From the NCBI GenBank assembly GCA_028534125.1, contig CM052818.1, positions 16,494,001-16,558,000 on the forward strand: a DNA stretch of 64,000 nucleotides, in the 5' to 3' direction. Position 1 is the stretch's first letter. Each line of letters opens with the position of its first letter. Both the position numbers and the translations under genes were made by a program. Below, piece after piece: positions 36,610 to 50,325 of the stretch. This stretch comes from Lama glama (lineage: Eukaryota). The notes beneath the pieces were generated by a model. The model worked only from the letters and a program-made list of their open reading frames with translations. It had not been told where the DNA came from and ran no database searches.

Positions 36610-37330
36610 ATTCATCTGTTTTTATTTATCTAAGTGATTAATATGTATGAATTTTCCTCATATATATTAATATGTATGAATTATTAGTATAAGTTTTCCT
36701 ATGTGGTGTCTTTTAAATGTTATTTTATACATTATGGAATTACTTGTTTTTATCAATACTGTTTTTTAAATTATTTTTGAAATTTTAGTTTGCATTTCTC
36801 CTTTGACCTGATAATTTTTTTTTCTGTGTAGAAAAATCCTTTTTGGTTTTTTTTGCTTTATTATTAAATCTAATTTTCTTGTATTGCAGTAAGTGATTGT
36901 TGTGAGTATTTATCTTGATTTCTAATACTTACTGAGTTTGACTTTGCAAGATAGTATATGGTCAATTTTCATAAATGTCCTATGTATATATTTTAAAATA
37001 TATATTCCTTATTATTATTATTGCCAATTTGACTATATTATCATGATATGTACATTTTTACTTATGTTAGTTTTTCTATATCCTCACTTATTTTTGTCTA
37101 TTTACCTATATTAGATTGAGAATGGTGTGTGAAAACTACAAATACTATGTATTTCCATTTATTTATTCTTGCATCTTGCACGGTTTCTACCTTAGAAAGA
37201 AGCTGCTGTGGGATTTTATGCATAGATATCTCTTTGGATAAATTAACCAGATACTACACTGTGATGTGCTATATCCTTGCCACCTTGTATATTCAGTCAT
37301 TTTACTCTTTTCTCTTTATCCGTTTGTAGT
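36610..37330 (-). mobile_element. Ancient L1ME-type fragment (probable left part at ~33545-33790)
   Basis: 'tagtatatggtcaattttcataaatgtcctatg', 'attgagaatggtgtgtgaaaact' typical of antisense old L1 ORF2 N-terminus. Confidence 0.6.
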
Positions 37331-38819
37331 GGTTTTTTTTTTCTTATTCCCACAAACTGGGACCAAAGAGTGACATTCCCTTTTGTATTCTGCACAGATT
37401 CTGTTTTAAGATTTCCCTAAGCAAAGGCTAAAATAAATATATATTTATTATTTAATTTTTGGTTTGATTATATTCAAAATAATTTCTGCAAAAGAGCACA
37501 TGGTATCTGATAGTGTCTACACTTATATTAAGCTCCAAATATTATTGTAACATTAGATGTCATATGTTTAAACCACTAAACTGTTTGCTAATATAGCCAA
37601 CTGGTCTAACCATCCAGATAAACCCAAACAATGGGTTCTATTACATCAAAATACATTGCAAATATATGTACTCAATGATTCAAAAGCCACAGAAACACTG
37701 CCACATTCATTCAGTGTAGTGATTAAAATGAACTTCTGATCTCACTCTTTGAAATATGGGCATTCCACTATAATTACCATCAAAATCATCATAATAGTCA
37801 GATTGACACTTCAAAAGAAATTCCTCTATTTTCCAAAACACAAGGCAACATGCACTTTAAACTTGGTGTTTAAATAGAAATCTTGATAGAGTAGATTCTC
37901 TGTCTCTTATTTTTTAAAGTTAGTTTTTTAAATATTGACTTTTTGGAAGAGACTGAGGTGTCTGACTTTTTAAGCAAAAGATACAGCGACAACAAGAAAG
38001 ACACTTCACTAGCAGAGATAAAACAATACACAGAACCTCAATATGTTCTACTGAACATACTATCAGGGAAAATAATCAGATGTTGAGAGGAGGAAAGACT
38101 GTATCATTGATTTGGTGTGTTTGTTTCTATATAACTAAATTATGTTAAAATATCAACACCTACATAACATGGCTCACTGGAATCACAGTGCATTTACTAA
38201 ATGCCACTGGTGATTTTATGAGAATCTTTCTTAATTATTTGGGTTCATTCATATATGTTATCCATATTAGCAATTGGAATGTCAGTGTAAGTTTATTAAA
38301 TCTACCACTTACATAATGACTTGCATTTCTCTGAGTATCTATGATAGAGTACTGTCAAGCATTTTTCAAGACCCTACTCACAGCATTTACCTGTAAATAA
38401 TCACATTTTTCCTCACAAAATATCTGTGTCAAGGATTAATTTTACCTTCTCATATATGATTTTTTATAATTTTTTGTTAAATCGTTTTTATTATTTGATT
38501 TACTACCATTTTTTCAGTCCTACATCTTCTGAACAAGATTAAGTTTAACAACAATAGATATTTTCCTAATTGGTTAGAATGTAGTGCCCATTCTGTGTGA
38601 TAAAGGCTGATGGTTCATCAAGTTATGATTACAACAATGGCATGTTAAAAATTTGGAATATAGACTTTAAGGACTATAGTAAATGGAATAGAGAGCTATA
38701 AGATATCAGCTAAGGAATGGAGAATGATACTGAGTTGAACAATACCGAGGTATAAAGATCATAGTAAAGGTGAAAACAATTAAGCATAAATGAAGAAATG
38801 GAGTAGATAATATCTTCAA

Positions 38820-39835
38820 TTAACCATTCAGTAAATATCAAATGAACCCCAAGTATATGCTGAGTACCATGCGGTAGAAGGATAAAGATGTCTTCATTAT
38901 TTTATTCAATATATGTTATTATCATTATTTTTTTTTAAGCTACTATATGCTTGGAACTATGTTGGATATAGGCACTGATGATATAATAAATGAGACCACC
39001 TAGGTATAACCCTGTATTTACAGAGTGTTACAGTCTGGTTGAGGAAAGAGGCATTAATAAAATAGTCACACAAACAGATGTAGAAATGAGAACAATGTTA
39101 AGAAAATAGAAGGAGTATGTGATGCCCATTGTGCATACAATAGGAAGGTCTGGTTAAGTCTGAGTGTAGGAGAGATCAAGAAAGACTTTCCTGAGAAAAT
39201 TTCAGTAGAACTGAGATCTTAACTTTGGCAAGGTTGAAGCCGAGAGATATTCCAAAGGGAAGGAATAGCATGTACAAAGTCCCTCTGCCTAGACAAAGCA
39301 GAGCACATTTAAGAAACTAAACAAAGGCTCAGAGTGGTCAGTAGACAGTCCAGGTTAACAACAAGGTCAGAAGGAACAGATGAAGCAGGAACTTAAAGTT
39401 CAAGTTAAGAAGTTTTCCTTTATCCAGTGGTGTCCTAGAGTTAGTTTATACTCACTCTCTACATAGCTGACTGTGTACATGTTTTTTCCAACTTGCCACT
39501 CAGTGATGTCACATTGCTGGCTTGAAATCAGCCACCATAGGAGTAAATTATTGGAATTTGGTAAATGCTACAAATGGGGGAGGGAGTGTCTCCCAGATTT
39601 TCACCCCCAAATGATTGTCAGATATTTAATAGCATAACACCACCTCCATCTAACAGTGAAAAACTTGAAATCTTTTAAAGGGGAAGTGGAGCTAAAGATG
39701 TGAAACGTGATTAAAGTTACATTTTGAAAAATAGTGCCCTGGATGCAGGATGGAGAATGAATTGAAATGGAGAAGAGGATTCAGAGAAAACCAATATAAA
39801 GCATTCCAGCACAGAGATGATGATAATTGGATGGG
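38820..39835 (-). mobile_element. L2 LINE fragment(s) hosting a MER63 insertion
   Basis: 'tactatatgcttggaactatg...ttacagtctggttgagga...tcaagaaagactttcctgagaa...ttccaaagggaaggaatagcatgtacaaagtccct'. Confidence 0.8.
39425..39643. mobile_element. hAT-Blackjack MITE (MER63A-like)
   Basis: cagtggtg.../...caccac termini; 'cagtgatgtcacattgctggcttgaaatcagcca...ggtaaatgctacaaat'; degenerate TSD ctttatc/ctccatc. Confidence 0.8.
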
Positions 39836-42119
39836 GTTAGAATTGGAAGAGACTTTCAACATTGTCTTATTTTCTTATTAAGTCAAGAACAGCTCCAAAT
39901 GTCAATGGGTACAAGGAGTGATGATTTTATGATTTGAAGAGGTGAATTGGAATAATTTGAAATGAGGAGGCTAAGTATGTGGAAGATGTTAGGTAAGTCT
40001 TCATTGGAAGATCTGATGTTAACCAGCAGACTGTTAGTTGCTTGAGTGGAAATAAAGTAGGTTAAACAAACTCTGAAGTTTTCAAAGGAAATAGAAGAGA
40101 ATTCTGCAGGATGATAGATATAATAAGAATACTCAAGAATAAATCAAGTAAATAAATAGGCTTCAAAATTGAAGAGGTGGTTAAATTATGCTAACCAAGT
40201 GGAAGCAAGAAACAAAGAAAATGCTGGTTTTCTCTTAATCCGTTAATTGGGAGAAGTGGCCCTGGAGCAGTTGGGAAAGAAGAGGTGCCATTTTAAGAAG
40301 AAAATGAAAAGGCAAAAAAAAAAATACTCAATTCAGATAAATGTGCATTGGAAGAAAAATATTGAGGGTGTCTCCATGGCAGCTAAGTCCTGGCCAAATT
40401 CTCCATTTTACATTGAAGCAAAGCCTTTCAGAATCTGTCTAGTGCTTGGCACATTGAGGGCTGGGAAAAGGGACAACCATTATTGAAAATTGGCTGGGAG
40501 GATATGCAGGTGGATAGAAGGGAGACAAATGAGCAGCTGAAAAAGACTAATGAAGTATTTGTAATGAGGTGGTAGCTAAGTCTTAAGGCATACTGTCTTA
40601 CATTTCCCCAGATGGTGGCTCTAAAAATGAAAAATGATTATTTACTTCCTTTTCCATCCCAGGCATTTATTACTAGAATTGCCCTCTATACACATTTCTG
40701 ACTTCCAGTCCTCTATTAAAGGGAATTTTTATAGAAGCTACCTTCATATTTGACTTGGCAGAGTAAGAGGTGACTCTTGCATCAATTAGTAGAGCATGCA
40801 ATGTCTTTAGTTAGCATTTAGTCTGTTAGAATCACAAGTTACATGTCTGGCATTTCCCTGAAACTCAGCACACACATTTCTCAGATTCTCATAAATGAAA
40901 ATGTTGTTTCTTCAATCTTCTTGTTGAGTACTAATTTTTAGGTCAGAAATGTTTCAGGCATTTTAAAATGAAATCACAGTGCATAGATGATTTGAATTAA
41001 AAAGTTGTATTTTTAAAGTATGGCTACCAAAAGTCTTAATATTATATTTAGTTAATATAATTTATAATGTTATATTTACCTCAACAAAATTGGTCAGAAG
41101 TGAAATTTGCTATACATAGGCTAGAGCCATTCTTCCTTTCTAAATATCATGTGTGTATGAGTGTGTGTGTGTGAGAGAGACAGACAGACAGACAGAAAGA
41201 CGGATGAGTTTTTATATTAGAGTTTGCCATAATTGCCTCCACAAAGGAGAAAACAACGCAATAGACCTTTTAAGTATGGGCTATTTCAAAACCTCTGAAA
41301 GAGGATTTATTAACATAAGGCTCATGGGAAGATCTGCCTTAGTAGATCACAATGCCTTGTGAAAACTTGAAGGTCTTTCAGGAGAATTTTTTTGTTTTCT
41401 GTTTTATTTTTTAATTCTTCTTTTTCTCTAATAATTACATCACTCAATTATTATAAGGACTGTGAAAGTTGGTTAGACTTGATTGGATATTTCTGCCTTC
41501 TAGGAGGAAGTGAGGTCAAGTCTTATACAAAAACCCTTCACAGACCTGGCTAACGCAACACAGAATATCCAATCATAATATAAAATTTCTGAGTCTTTTT
41601 TATGGGAGAAATATTTTCAGTTACCAGTAGAGTTAAGCTGGAAGAGGAGACCCTCCTGAATGTTTATTTATGGTGTTTAAAATACTGAACATCATTTTTT
41701 AATAGATTTCTCTAAACATTTTTTCTACACAAATATCTGCTAAACAGATTTTATCCATATGTGATAGAGACTTTTCAGGAACTGTCCCTGAAGTGTTGAA
41801 ATGTTATTGTACAGTAAAATTAGTAGTGATTCATTTTTGGCAAGATAGTTATATGGTCAATTATTTTTAATATTCTTTTTGTTTAATAGACTTTCTATTT
41901 TTCTATAATAAGTATTTTCTACTGGTTTGGTAAACGTTTTTATATAATATTTAACAAATCAATTAAGATATCTTTTAAATTCACATGTTACTTTCTAGAA
42001 CCACATTTCAGTCTACAACTTGTTTCCCATGCCTTAATTTAAATAAATAAAATCAACAATTATGTGACTCTTATGTTTTAGTATTGATTCTAACTCTAAT
42101 ATCCACAAACCTTTTAGTC

Positions 42120-42312
42120 CCAGTGTATACTCGTGTTCATCAGCCATACTAAACCATAAAACACCATGGGAATGTATTAAAATAACAGATTTTTGAGCCT
42201 ACTGTACATCAAGAATTATAATATCCAGGAGAAGTCTTGGCCACCTGCTAAAAAAAAATCCCCATCCTAGATAATCTTCATAATCCAACTATCAAACTAG
42301 TTTGAAAATGCT
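42120..42312. mobile_element. hAT-Charlie MITE (MER5B-like), decayed
   Basis: 'aaaataacagatttttgagcctac...' ending 'agtttgaaaatgct'; ~190 bp. Confidence 0.45.
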
Positions 42313-42630
42313 ACCTTACAAGATGCTCCAAACCCCAAACCAGTATCTTTTTCACCTGCTACCTCCTGCAGTCATTTTCTTTTGGCATCTCAGGCCAGTT
42401 TGTAACCATATTTCTTGGCTTCTTTGGAAGCCAACTCATACTGGTGCATCCTTATTAAACAGAGAATTGTGGGAGAAAAGGCAAGTACCATTAAGTTAGC
42501 TAGTATTCTAACTCTGCTGCGGCAGGGGTCAGAAGTGGGGTTAAAGTATAACAGAGTCAAGTAAAGGGAAAGATATTCTTACCAGGCCTCCAACAATTTC
42601 ATTGTCTGGGTCACCTTTCCTATTGATCTT

Positions 42631-42654
42631 TCTCTCTCTCTCTCTCTCTCTCTC
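42631..42654. repeat. (TC)12 microsatellite
   Basis: Read directly. Confidence 0.95.
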
Positions 42655-43986
42655 TTTTCTTTTTTCGGTTGTTCTATGCCATGGTCTGACAACAAACTTC
42701 TACAAATCTCTTCTCTCTTTTGACCTCTGATTTTTTTTTTAATCTGAATGGGATAATCTGATTCTGGTTTCTGATCCTTTTCTTTTCTTGATCATCTGTC
42801 TTTGAAACTCAAAATCTCCCTCTTAAGATGAATACTGCAAAGAGTTTCTGATGAAAAATTGAAGCTTTCTATTGTGGACAGAGAGAGAGTTACCACATGA
42901 ATTGAGTCAGGCAGGGAAATACCCTAATTGATCTAGATTTTTTGTTGACTAGATACATTCAATTCTTGCATGGATACACAGCATCAGGCTATCATGGAAT
43001 ATGTTCAATTTGTCACATACTGAGTACAGTTTATTTATCATTGTGTTAGTTTATGGTAAATAAAACAATAATTTCTATTAATAAAATAGCTAAACTTCAT
43101 ACCCAAATTCCTATTAGTAGCTGGGAGTCATAGCACTGAAAAATAAATTTTCCTCTAGCAGTATACATTTCAAGGGTGTGACATACTAGCATGTTTACAG
43201 TATGGAAACTAAGTGTTACATAGACATAATTCCACCTAGAAAATACTATATTTCTTCAAATAAACAAAAATTAGAACATTTTGTTTGTTTATGATATTTT
43301 ACCATATGACTGAGCAGAACAGACCCACATATGATCTTAGAGTGATAAAATGATAAGTATGGTTATTAAAAAGTAACTCATATTTCAAGTATTGAAAACT
43401 ACTTAGAGTTTAATATTTTAAGCTTTCTAGACATGCAGTGTAATGAACACTTAAAATCAAATAGTCCCTTTTTCAGAAACTGGCTCTGCTATTTACTAGC
43501 TACTTGCCCTTAGGAAAAATAACAACCTTTCCAAGACTGAAAATTAAATAGAACTCCATGCAGGAAGGACTTATCTTGGTCCACATTAAGTACCGTGATG
43601 ATTATTATTTCCAGTATGGTCATCATTGCCCAATTTTGTGTCTTATATGTGTGTATGTTATTGCTTAAGTTTTGCGTATTGAAGTATAATACTTGATTTA
43701 GAAATGTATATTTTTATGCTGCACAAGAGGGGAAAAAAGTACATATTTCCTAATGAAGATTATAATTAAGGAAAATAGGAACTCAAAATTTATTCTTATT
43801 CATTTCCATTTAGTCATACCTAACAATCCATGACTGTAATTTGTTTAGTTACTTTTATTTGAAAATGAGTAAAAATTTAATATTTATATTTAAAATTAAT
43901 CAAGCCAAATATCCTGTCCTATTGACGCCCCTCTTTATGCCTCAAACATTTTTTGTAATTTTACACTACAAAAAGTAATATTTTTT

Positions 43987-44093
43987 GTATATATATGTAT
44001 ATATTTTTGAAATATAGTCAGTTTACAATGTTGTGTCAATTTCTGGTGTAATGGTGAAAAAGAATATGAAAACAAATATATGTATGTGCATGT
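43987..44093 (-). mobile_element. Very short L1 3' end with 5' inversion
   Basis: ~44007-44050 matches the start of the 26.3-kb L1 in the same orientation; ~44051-44093 matches the next part of that 3' UTR reversed. TSD gtaatatttttt/gtaatatcgttt. Confidence 0.85.
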
Positions 44094-46873
44094 GTAATAT
44101 CGTTTAGAGGATTTTTTCCTATTTTTGCCATCAATAGCAGAATCTGCCAAATTCTAATAAATCTTACAGGCACATTCAGTATAAAAACAATGCTTATATG
44201 AATGTTGGTGGATGAAGTTATCTGCCATCACTTTTTATAATCCTTGAGTGATTATTTTCTTTGAAGGTGGACTAGTTAGCTTTATACAGAGGTTTCATCA
44301 CTGTAGACTCTGAATCAGTTGTTTTCAAGATTATAAAAATTTAAGAAATCAAGGGTCAAGAGCTTCAGGTGTGAGTATCAATAGCGGCTTGGTGCTGGCC
44401 ATATCTTACTTTTGCAAGATCCTCAATAGAAGAGCTCTTGCTGATGATCAAATGAATGCTTTGCATCTCAGCATCATACTCATTCCTTTTTATCGCCTTT
44501 GTGCAAAAGAGCCCACTTTAATTCCCTGCATGTTATCCTACCCTTTCTGGATCTGGGACCTGCCATCTGTCACTTTAATTTGATCATTTCCAGGAAATGG
44601 AATGTGTCCTCTGCTACCTGGCACCCACACTTATTTTCCCCTTTATTCTTGACATCTCTCTGCTGTCTTGCCTGTGAAGTTTGTAATCTCTGAGTTCAGT
44701 TTCCCTTCATTTGTTTTTCTGCCAAGTCATAGGATATGTTTCTATATTGGATAACTATTATCTGGCATATCTATTGCAAAGAATAGACATTGAGTGAAAA
44801 CACTGTGCAACATGGATAAGAACTGAAACTCCCTGCTGAGCTTACAAACATTCATCATGTTTATTCAGTGCAAGGTATTCAATGCAAGAGGGCTCAGAAC
44901 TGAACAATTACAATGTCTCTACTTTCACAGTGCTTGCCTCATTTTAATTATTTAGAGAACCAATGAGATAGGGACAGAAGAATTGCAAACTGAGAGTTAG
45001 GAAATTAGGGTCAAATGTTAACTTCACTATCTACAATCTCTTTATTTGTGTGGCAAAATTTGATTTCTAATACTCCTGTTTCAGCTATTTCATCATTTAT
45101 AGAATATATAAAAGTGCATTTTAAAATTATTTGAATATTTTATTTTCTTTTGATATTATTTTATAATCATGAGTATAAAAAGGAAACAAAACCACTGATT
45201 CTATGATAATGTATTTGAAAGATGGAAATCATTAAGTACTCTTAAAATGGAGAACTTTGTCAGTTGTCATCATTTTGACATACAAAAAACGGTTGAATCT
45301 GCTTGAAGGAAAAAAAAAGCAGATCAAAACTTAAAAATGGAAGTATATCACCAAAAATTCTAACAGCACTTTAAGTACAAGAAGGATTGGAGAGATCTTA
45401 AATTAAAAAATATTTAAAACCAAAAGTTTACAAGTCCATTGAGCATTCCATTTGATAAAGAAGAAATTTATTTCAAACTCCTATATTAGTACAAGAAAGC
45501 TGATATTTAAATTTCTTTTATTCACAATCTCTTACTGATTCCTCTCCTCCATCATCTGCAATAGTCTTCATCAGCCAGTTACCCTTTTGATGATTATGTC
45601 AAATTATTTTCTGTCAAGTAAATGTTACTTCAAGCAAGTAGAATTTTAGACCTAAATAAAGAAATAAATAAATATCTCTAGAAACTTTGTCTTATTGTCT
45701 ATAGTTCACTTTTTTATAGTATGTTTGCAAAAGTCACGTATGCATTGTGTAATTCTTGGGAAAACATGCATCTTACACCATAGTTAAAGATTTTATAGTA
45801 TTTTTAGTTCTCTGGGGACGTTCCTGACCTTAACCAATAACATATCTCTCCCTTGCTTTTTCATATTTCTCTTCGGACATTTTTTTTTAATAGGTTGGAA
45901 ATCCTGGCAATACAAGTAAACACATGTTATTTAAAGTTTAAAATGTTAAACAAATATTGACTGTGTTATTAAGTAATCTTTAGATTAAAAACAAAAAAAA
46001 CAAAATATGACCTGATCCAGGCCATTTAGATATTGTTCTGTTCTGGACCTGTATCCTATATCAAACATTTTATATCTCTACCTTGAGTACTTATCAGAGA
46101 AAATGCACTACTTTTAGAGAATGGAAGCATTTCTTTCTGTTTAATATTCCCGTAAATTGAATATATATATATATTTATATGCCAAGCAAAAGGAAATAGA
46201 ATCCAGTCAAGCCCAAATCCTAATATTATCTGTTTTTGTACAGAAATAAATCCTTTCCTATTTCCACTCCCTCAAAGAAATTGGCAAGTTGTGATGAAAG
46301 AATCTAGATATTCCTTCATGCTGAGAAGATGACTATTCTGCTCACTCCTGGCTCCAGCCCACTTCCCTCAGTGACACACATACATACTCACAGGACTGAA
46401 GTGATGCTGGACACTTCTACCCACAGACAACATGCACACTCCCATCCTCACACATTACAATACTGGGCTCTGAGTCACAAAGAAGGAGACAAATATGTGG
46501 TCTGGAAGCCTTTCTTCGCTATTTTTCCTTGGAGGGGTTTTCTATCTCCTTGTGCAAAGGATAAATTCTGCAGCTTCTGCAGTTACACCTTGTTCTGTCT
46601 TCTACCTCACCTCCTCAGGGCTGTAAAGTTTGTGAATTACTTTGATATTAGCCCACACAGCTCTCACATTGTTATGGCTCAGAAGGAGGACAAAAGGTCT
46701 TCTACCCACTGCTCTCTACCTGTTGGTTTGTGCTTATGTTGGTTTAATGTCTGGAGAGATTAAATGGGCAAGTCTATATTAAATACATGACCTCAGTTTT
46801 CTATGTTTATCAGTCATGTTTTCTTCAGTGGATCTGAGCCTAAGAAGATGGAAAGATGGCTCTGTGTTCTTCA

Positions 46874-47492
46874 TGAAAGGCTATGTTATATCTCCAAATA
46901 TAAATTAATATATTGTTTTTCTGGATCATGAAAGCCTGCAGCTGCATAACTTCATTATGGAGACTTAAGAACAGATGCTGTACATGAACATGCCTCTACT
47001 TTTAGTCCTAGGAAGTTTTTGCCCAAGAAGTAAATGCTGTAAACAAAAAAATCCTGTCCTGTTAGTCTCAGGAACTCCCCCAAATTCCATTAATCCAAAT
47101 AATACATCTCTAAATCAGTTTACTTCTCAGGAGAATAACTTTCACACCTGTGTAGAGCCCTTCTTGGGATGATAGATAATTCTACTGAGCTAACTTGCTT
47201 GCTTATCAAATGATTGTTTACTCAGCAAGACTATGTCCTCATTGTGTCCATCACTTATAAATCATTCATTGTAATCCAGTGTTCAGCCAATGCTGATAAA
47301 ATTCGACATGGGAGAACCCAACTTAAATTATTCTAACCCGAAACTCTAAACCTTTTGATTATTCACCTTTAACCTCCTGCTTCTAAGCAACTACTAATAC
47401 TGTTAAGATTAAGTGCTTTCTTCCTGTAGAAATAAACTGGACTTTGTTTGATGAACAGACTATTCTGGTGGTTTAGGGGAAGGAAATCAATA
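46874..47492 (+). mobile_element. Old ERV1 solo LTR (MER90/MER110-like)
   Basis: 3' end 'gaaataaactggactttgtttgatgaacagactattctggtggtttagggga' resembles recalled MER90/MER110 ends; 'tcagccaatgct' CCAAT-like motif. Confidence 0.6.
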
Positions 47493-48188
47493 CATTTATT
47501 TTCTAGACCTTGTGAATTTGGTAGTATAAGCAACTATTCTTAAACTAATTATAAATAATGATACTCATCTGATTTTCAACCTTCTAAAATTTTAATCCAA
47601 ATTTTCAAGAATGGAGAAAAAAATCAATTATAACACAATACAGAAAAACCTACTCTAGGCCAAACCTCTCAGATTGTTTTATGTGATCATGATTTTATCT
47701 TGTCTTTCAAGAGCAGATAAATAAAAATTATGGAAATTTAGATAGGATTTTATAAAGGTGTTTTCTCAATGTGAAAGACTGTGAAGCCTAACAAAAACAG
47801 AATAAATTTAGGCAAAGTGTAAAAACAAAGCTCTTATGCATTAAAGGGAATCTTGCCAAGAGAAGGAAAATAACCCTTGGAAATCCTTTCCTGACATAGG
47901 GTTTTCTTTTTCATATGTAACTCATGAGGACTGGCCAGTCATTGAATTAATTGAATTAGCAGCTCTGACCAGTATGCTAAGCTTTATTTCCATTAGGTAG
48001 TTTGACAGTCGGTAGTTTATTATTTATTTGTTGCAACGTGAGGTTCTTTCCATAGACTCTGAAATTATAAAGCAAATGCCACAGCAATATCAATTTTTCC
48101 CTTAATATCTCAGCTTTTTGAGTATTTTATTTCTTGTACTGCCCTGGAGGCTTATTGTTATTGCTTCCCTGGATAGTAAAGATGCATT

Positions 48189-48193
<5 letters not shown>

Positions 48194-48227
<34 letters not shown>

Positions 48228-48271
48228 CGTGCGCACGCGTGCGCTCGCACATGCACGCACACGCACGCACG
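48194..48271. repeat. (TG)15 followed by CG/CA-rich alternating purine-pyrimidine tract
   Basis: Read directly; includes the perfect palindrome gcgcacgcgtgcgc at 48231-48244. Confidence 0.97.
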
Positions 48272-49212
48272 ATTGTTTGTTTTTTTGTTTGACTGATTTT
48301 GGTTTTAAAATTTCCCTTATGTTAAATAAGCTATAGCCTCATGCTCTGTTCTGTCCTGGGGAGAAAGAAAGAAAAAAAGAGAGAGAAAGAGAATTTCCTT
48401 TTGTCTTTTCTGAGTCATTTTCCTTGCCAAAGAAAATTAAATTATTTTTATTTGTGTTTTATCTTATCTGGAAAACTAAAATGATCTGAGGATGGAGACT
48501 CAAGCAAAATGTATTATTAATTTTGTCTAGATCACCAATGATTTAAGTCTTTAATAAATTGCTGGAAATATTTGGACTTCTTAATGAGTTATATATTGAT
48601 CAGTTTACATGAGTGGTATGTTTTGTTGTTTTGCTAGAATAATATTGTGGTCTCAAAGTCTGTTGCTGTGAGTTTCTACCATCTGCTTCTCTCTTCTGCA
48701 TGTAAACACATAATTCAGTCTGGTTGTTTGTGTGTGTGTGTGTGTATCTGCATTTGGACACCCCCATTTGCTCACATGCCTGTTTCTCTATGTGTGTCTG
48801 CGTGTGTTTAATTCTAGAGGAAAGGGAAAGAGAAGTTAAAAGAATCTATTCTCATCCTCATCCCTATAAAGCAATACCAAACATATGGAATGAAAAAAAA
48901 AGGTTACAATCATTTTCACACATATTCAATACATTTTATTGAACACATTCTGAAATGATACTCAAAAGAATAGTAAGCATAGGAATATCAGTTCTTTTTC
49001 TACTTGTTAATTAAATCTTGGAACTTTATTCCCTATATATTGTAGTATGTTTATTCTAGGATCATCTTTTTAAAAAATCCAAATAAATAAACCAGTATTT
49101 CTAGGGATACGTACTGAAGTTTTTTTATGTTCTCCCCATAGTTACCTGTCACTTTATTCTCCTGCCTTCTACTTAGTTCATTTTGAGACCATATCCTGAT
49201 ATTCTGTCACTA

Positions 49213-49592
49213 CTGTGACAGGTTATCTTTAGATAACTAAATTATTTCCCTTCTATACTCTCCCCTTTATCTCAGGGGCTAGAAGCCTAGTAATTCTATA
49301 TCCTACAATCCCTGAGAGCAAAGTTTCTAGGTTCAATTTTACCAGTGAGAGACATTCATGAGAATTCTAGCAAGTAGAAGAAAAGCAGAAGCCTCCATTG
49401 CAAGAAGCATCAACAGGCATAGGGGCTTTGCCAGCCACAGACACAAGGTTTCCCCAGCACATTCTGATTTCCTGGAGCAACTTTCTTTGGTCTTCACTCT
49501 GCCAGCCTTTCCTATTCCTTAATGTTTGTCTGTATGAACTACCTGGAACACTGAACAGTTTTTGTTTTTCTGAGGGACCCCCAAATGCTATA
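49213..49592 (+). mobile_element. ERVL solo LTR (LTR33-like)
   Basis: 'ttttaccagtgagagacattcatgagaattctagcaagtagaagaaaagcagaagcc' and end 'acctggaacactgaacagtttttgtttttctgagggaccc'. Confidence 0.65.
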
Positions 49593-50099
49593 AATATCCC
49601 AGCAGAAGCAAATTTTGCCATATATAATGATTTTATCATATAAAAAATTGACAAACCTTCACCTTGATTTCTGCTAAGTACTCAAAGGCAAGATGTCAAG
49701 GTTATGATATTACCCAATTTGATGAATGAGCATTACTATTTATTTTTACCTAAGATGTCTAAGGAAAATTTGACAGTGTATATATATTTTTTTCTGTGTA
49801 AAACTTCACCGGTACATTTAAGTATTAATTCTTGTCATGGTATACTGAAACAAAATTTGAATAAAAATTTAAAACTTAATATGGATATCAGGAATATTTA
49901 GTCCATAAATAAATTCTGTTGCATTTATAAGTGATGATGTATTTATGAACAGTGATAATTCTTTCATGTTGCTTTTATCTAAACACAACTAATGTAATTG
50001 TGCCTACAGCTTGCTTAGTTTATACTAAGCATTATTTTGTTTGAAATTTTTTTCAATTTGTAAAGAAGAAATTGGAAATAGAAGGACTACTTAATTTTT

Positions 50100-50325
50100 T
50101 TTTATTGGCGCCTCCATATATTACAGGTACTATACTTCACATATCTTAAATTGCTCTATCTAGACAAAAGACTTACATAACAATTGCTATCACTCTGACT
50201 TTATAAAGAGATGGACTAAAAGAGATAACTGATTTCCCCCCATGTCAATAAGCTAATTAGAATTATAACCAGAATTTGAGCCAAGATCTATTTTATAATT
50301 CGCCTTCCTTTCACTATAGCAACAT
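50100..50325 (-). mobile_element. MIR SINE
   Basis: 'tttataaagagatggactaaaagagataactgatttcccccatgtca...ccagaatttgagccaagatct'. Confidence 0.55.

Noticed and set aside
46329..46763. 144-aa ATG ORF
   Set aside because: No recognisable domain, partly CA-repeat-like composition, no poly(A)/TSD to suggest a retrogene. BLASTP would be needed to exclude it fully.
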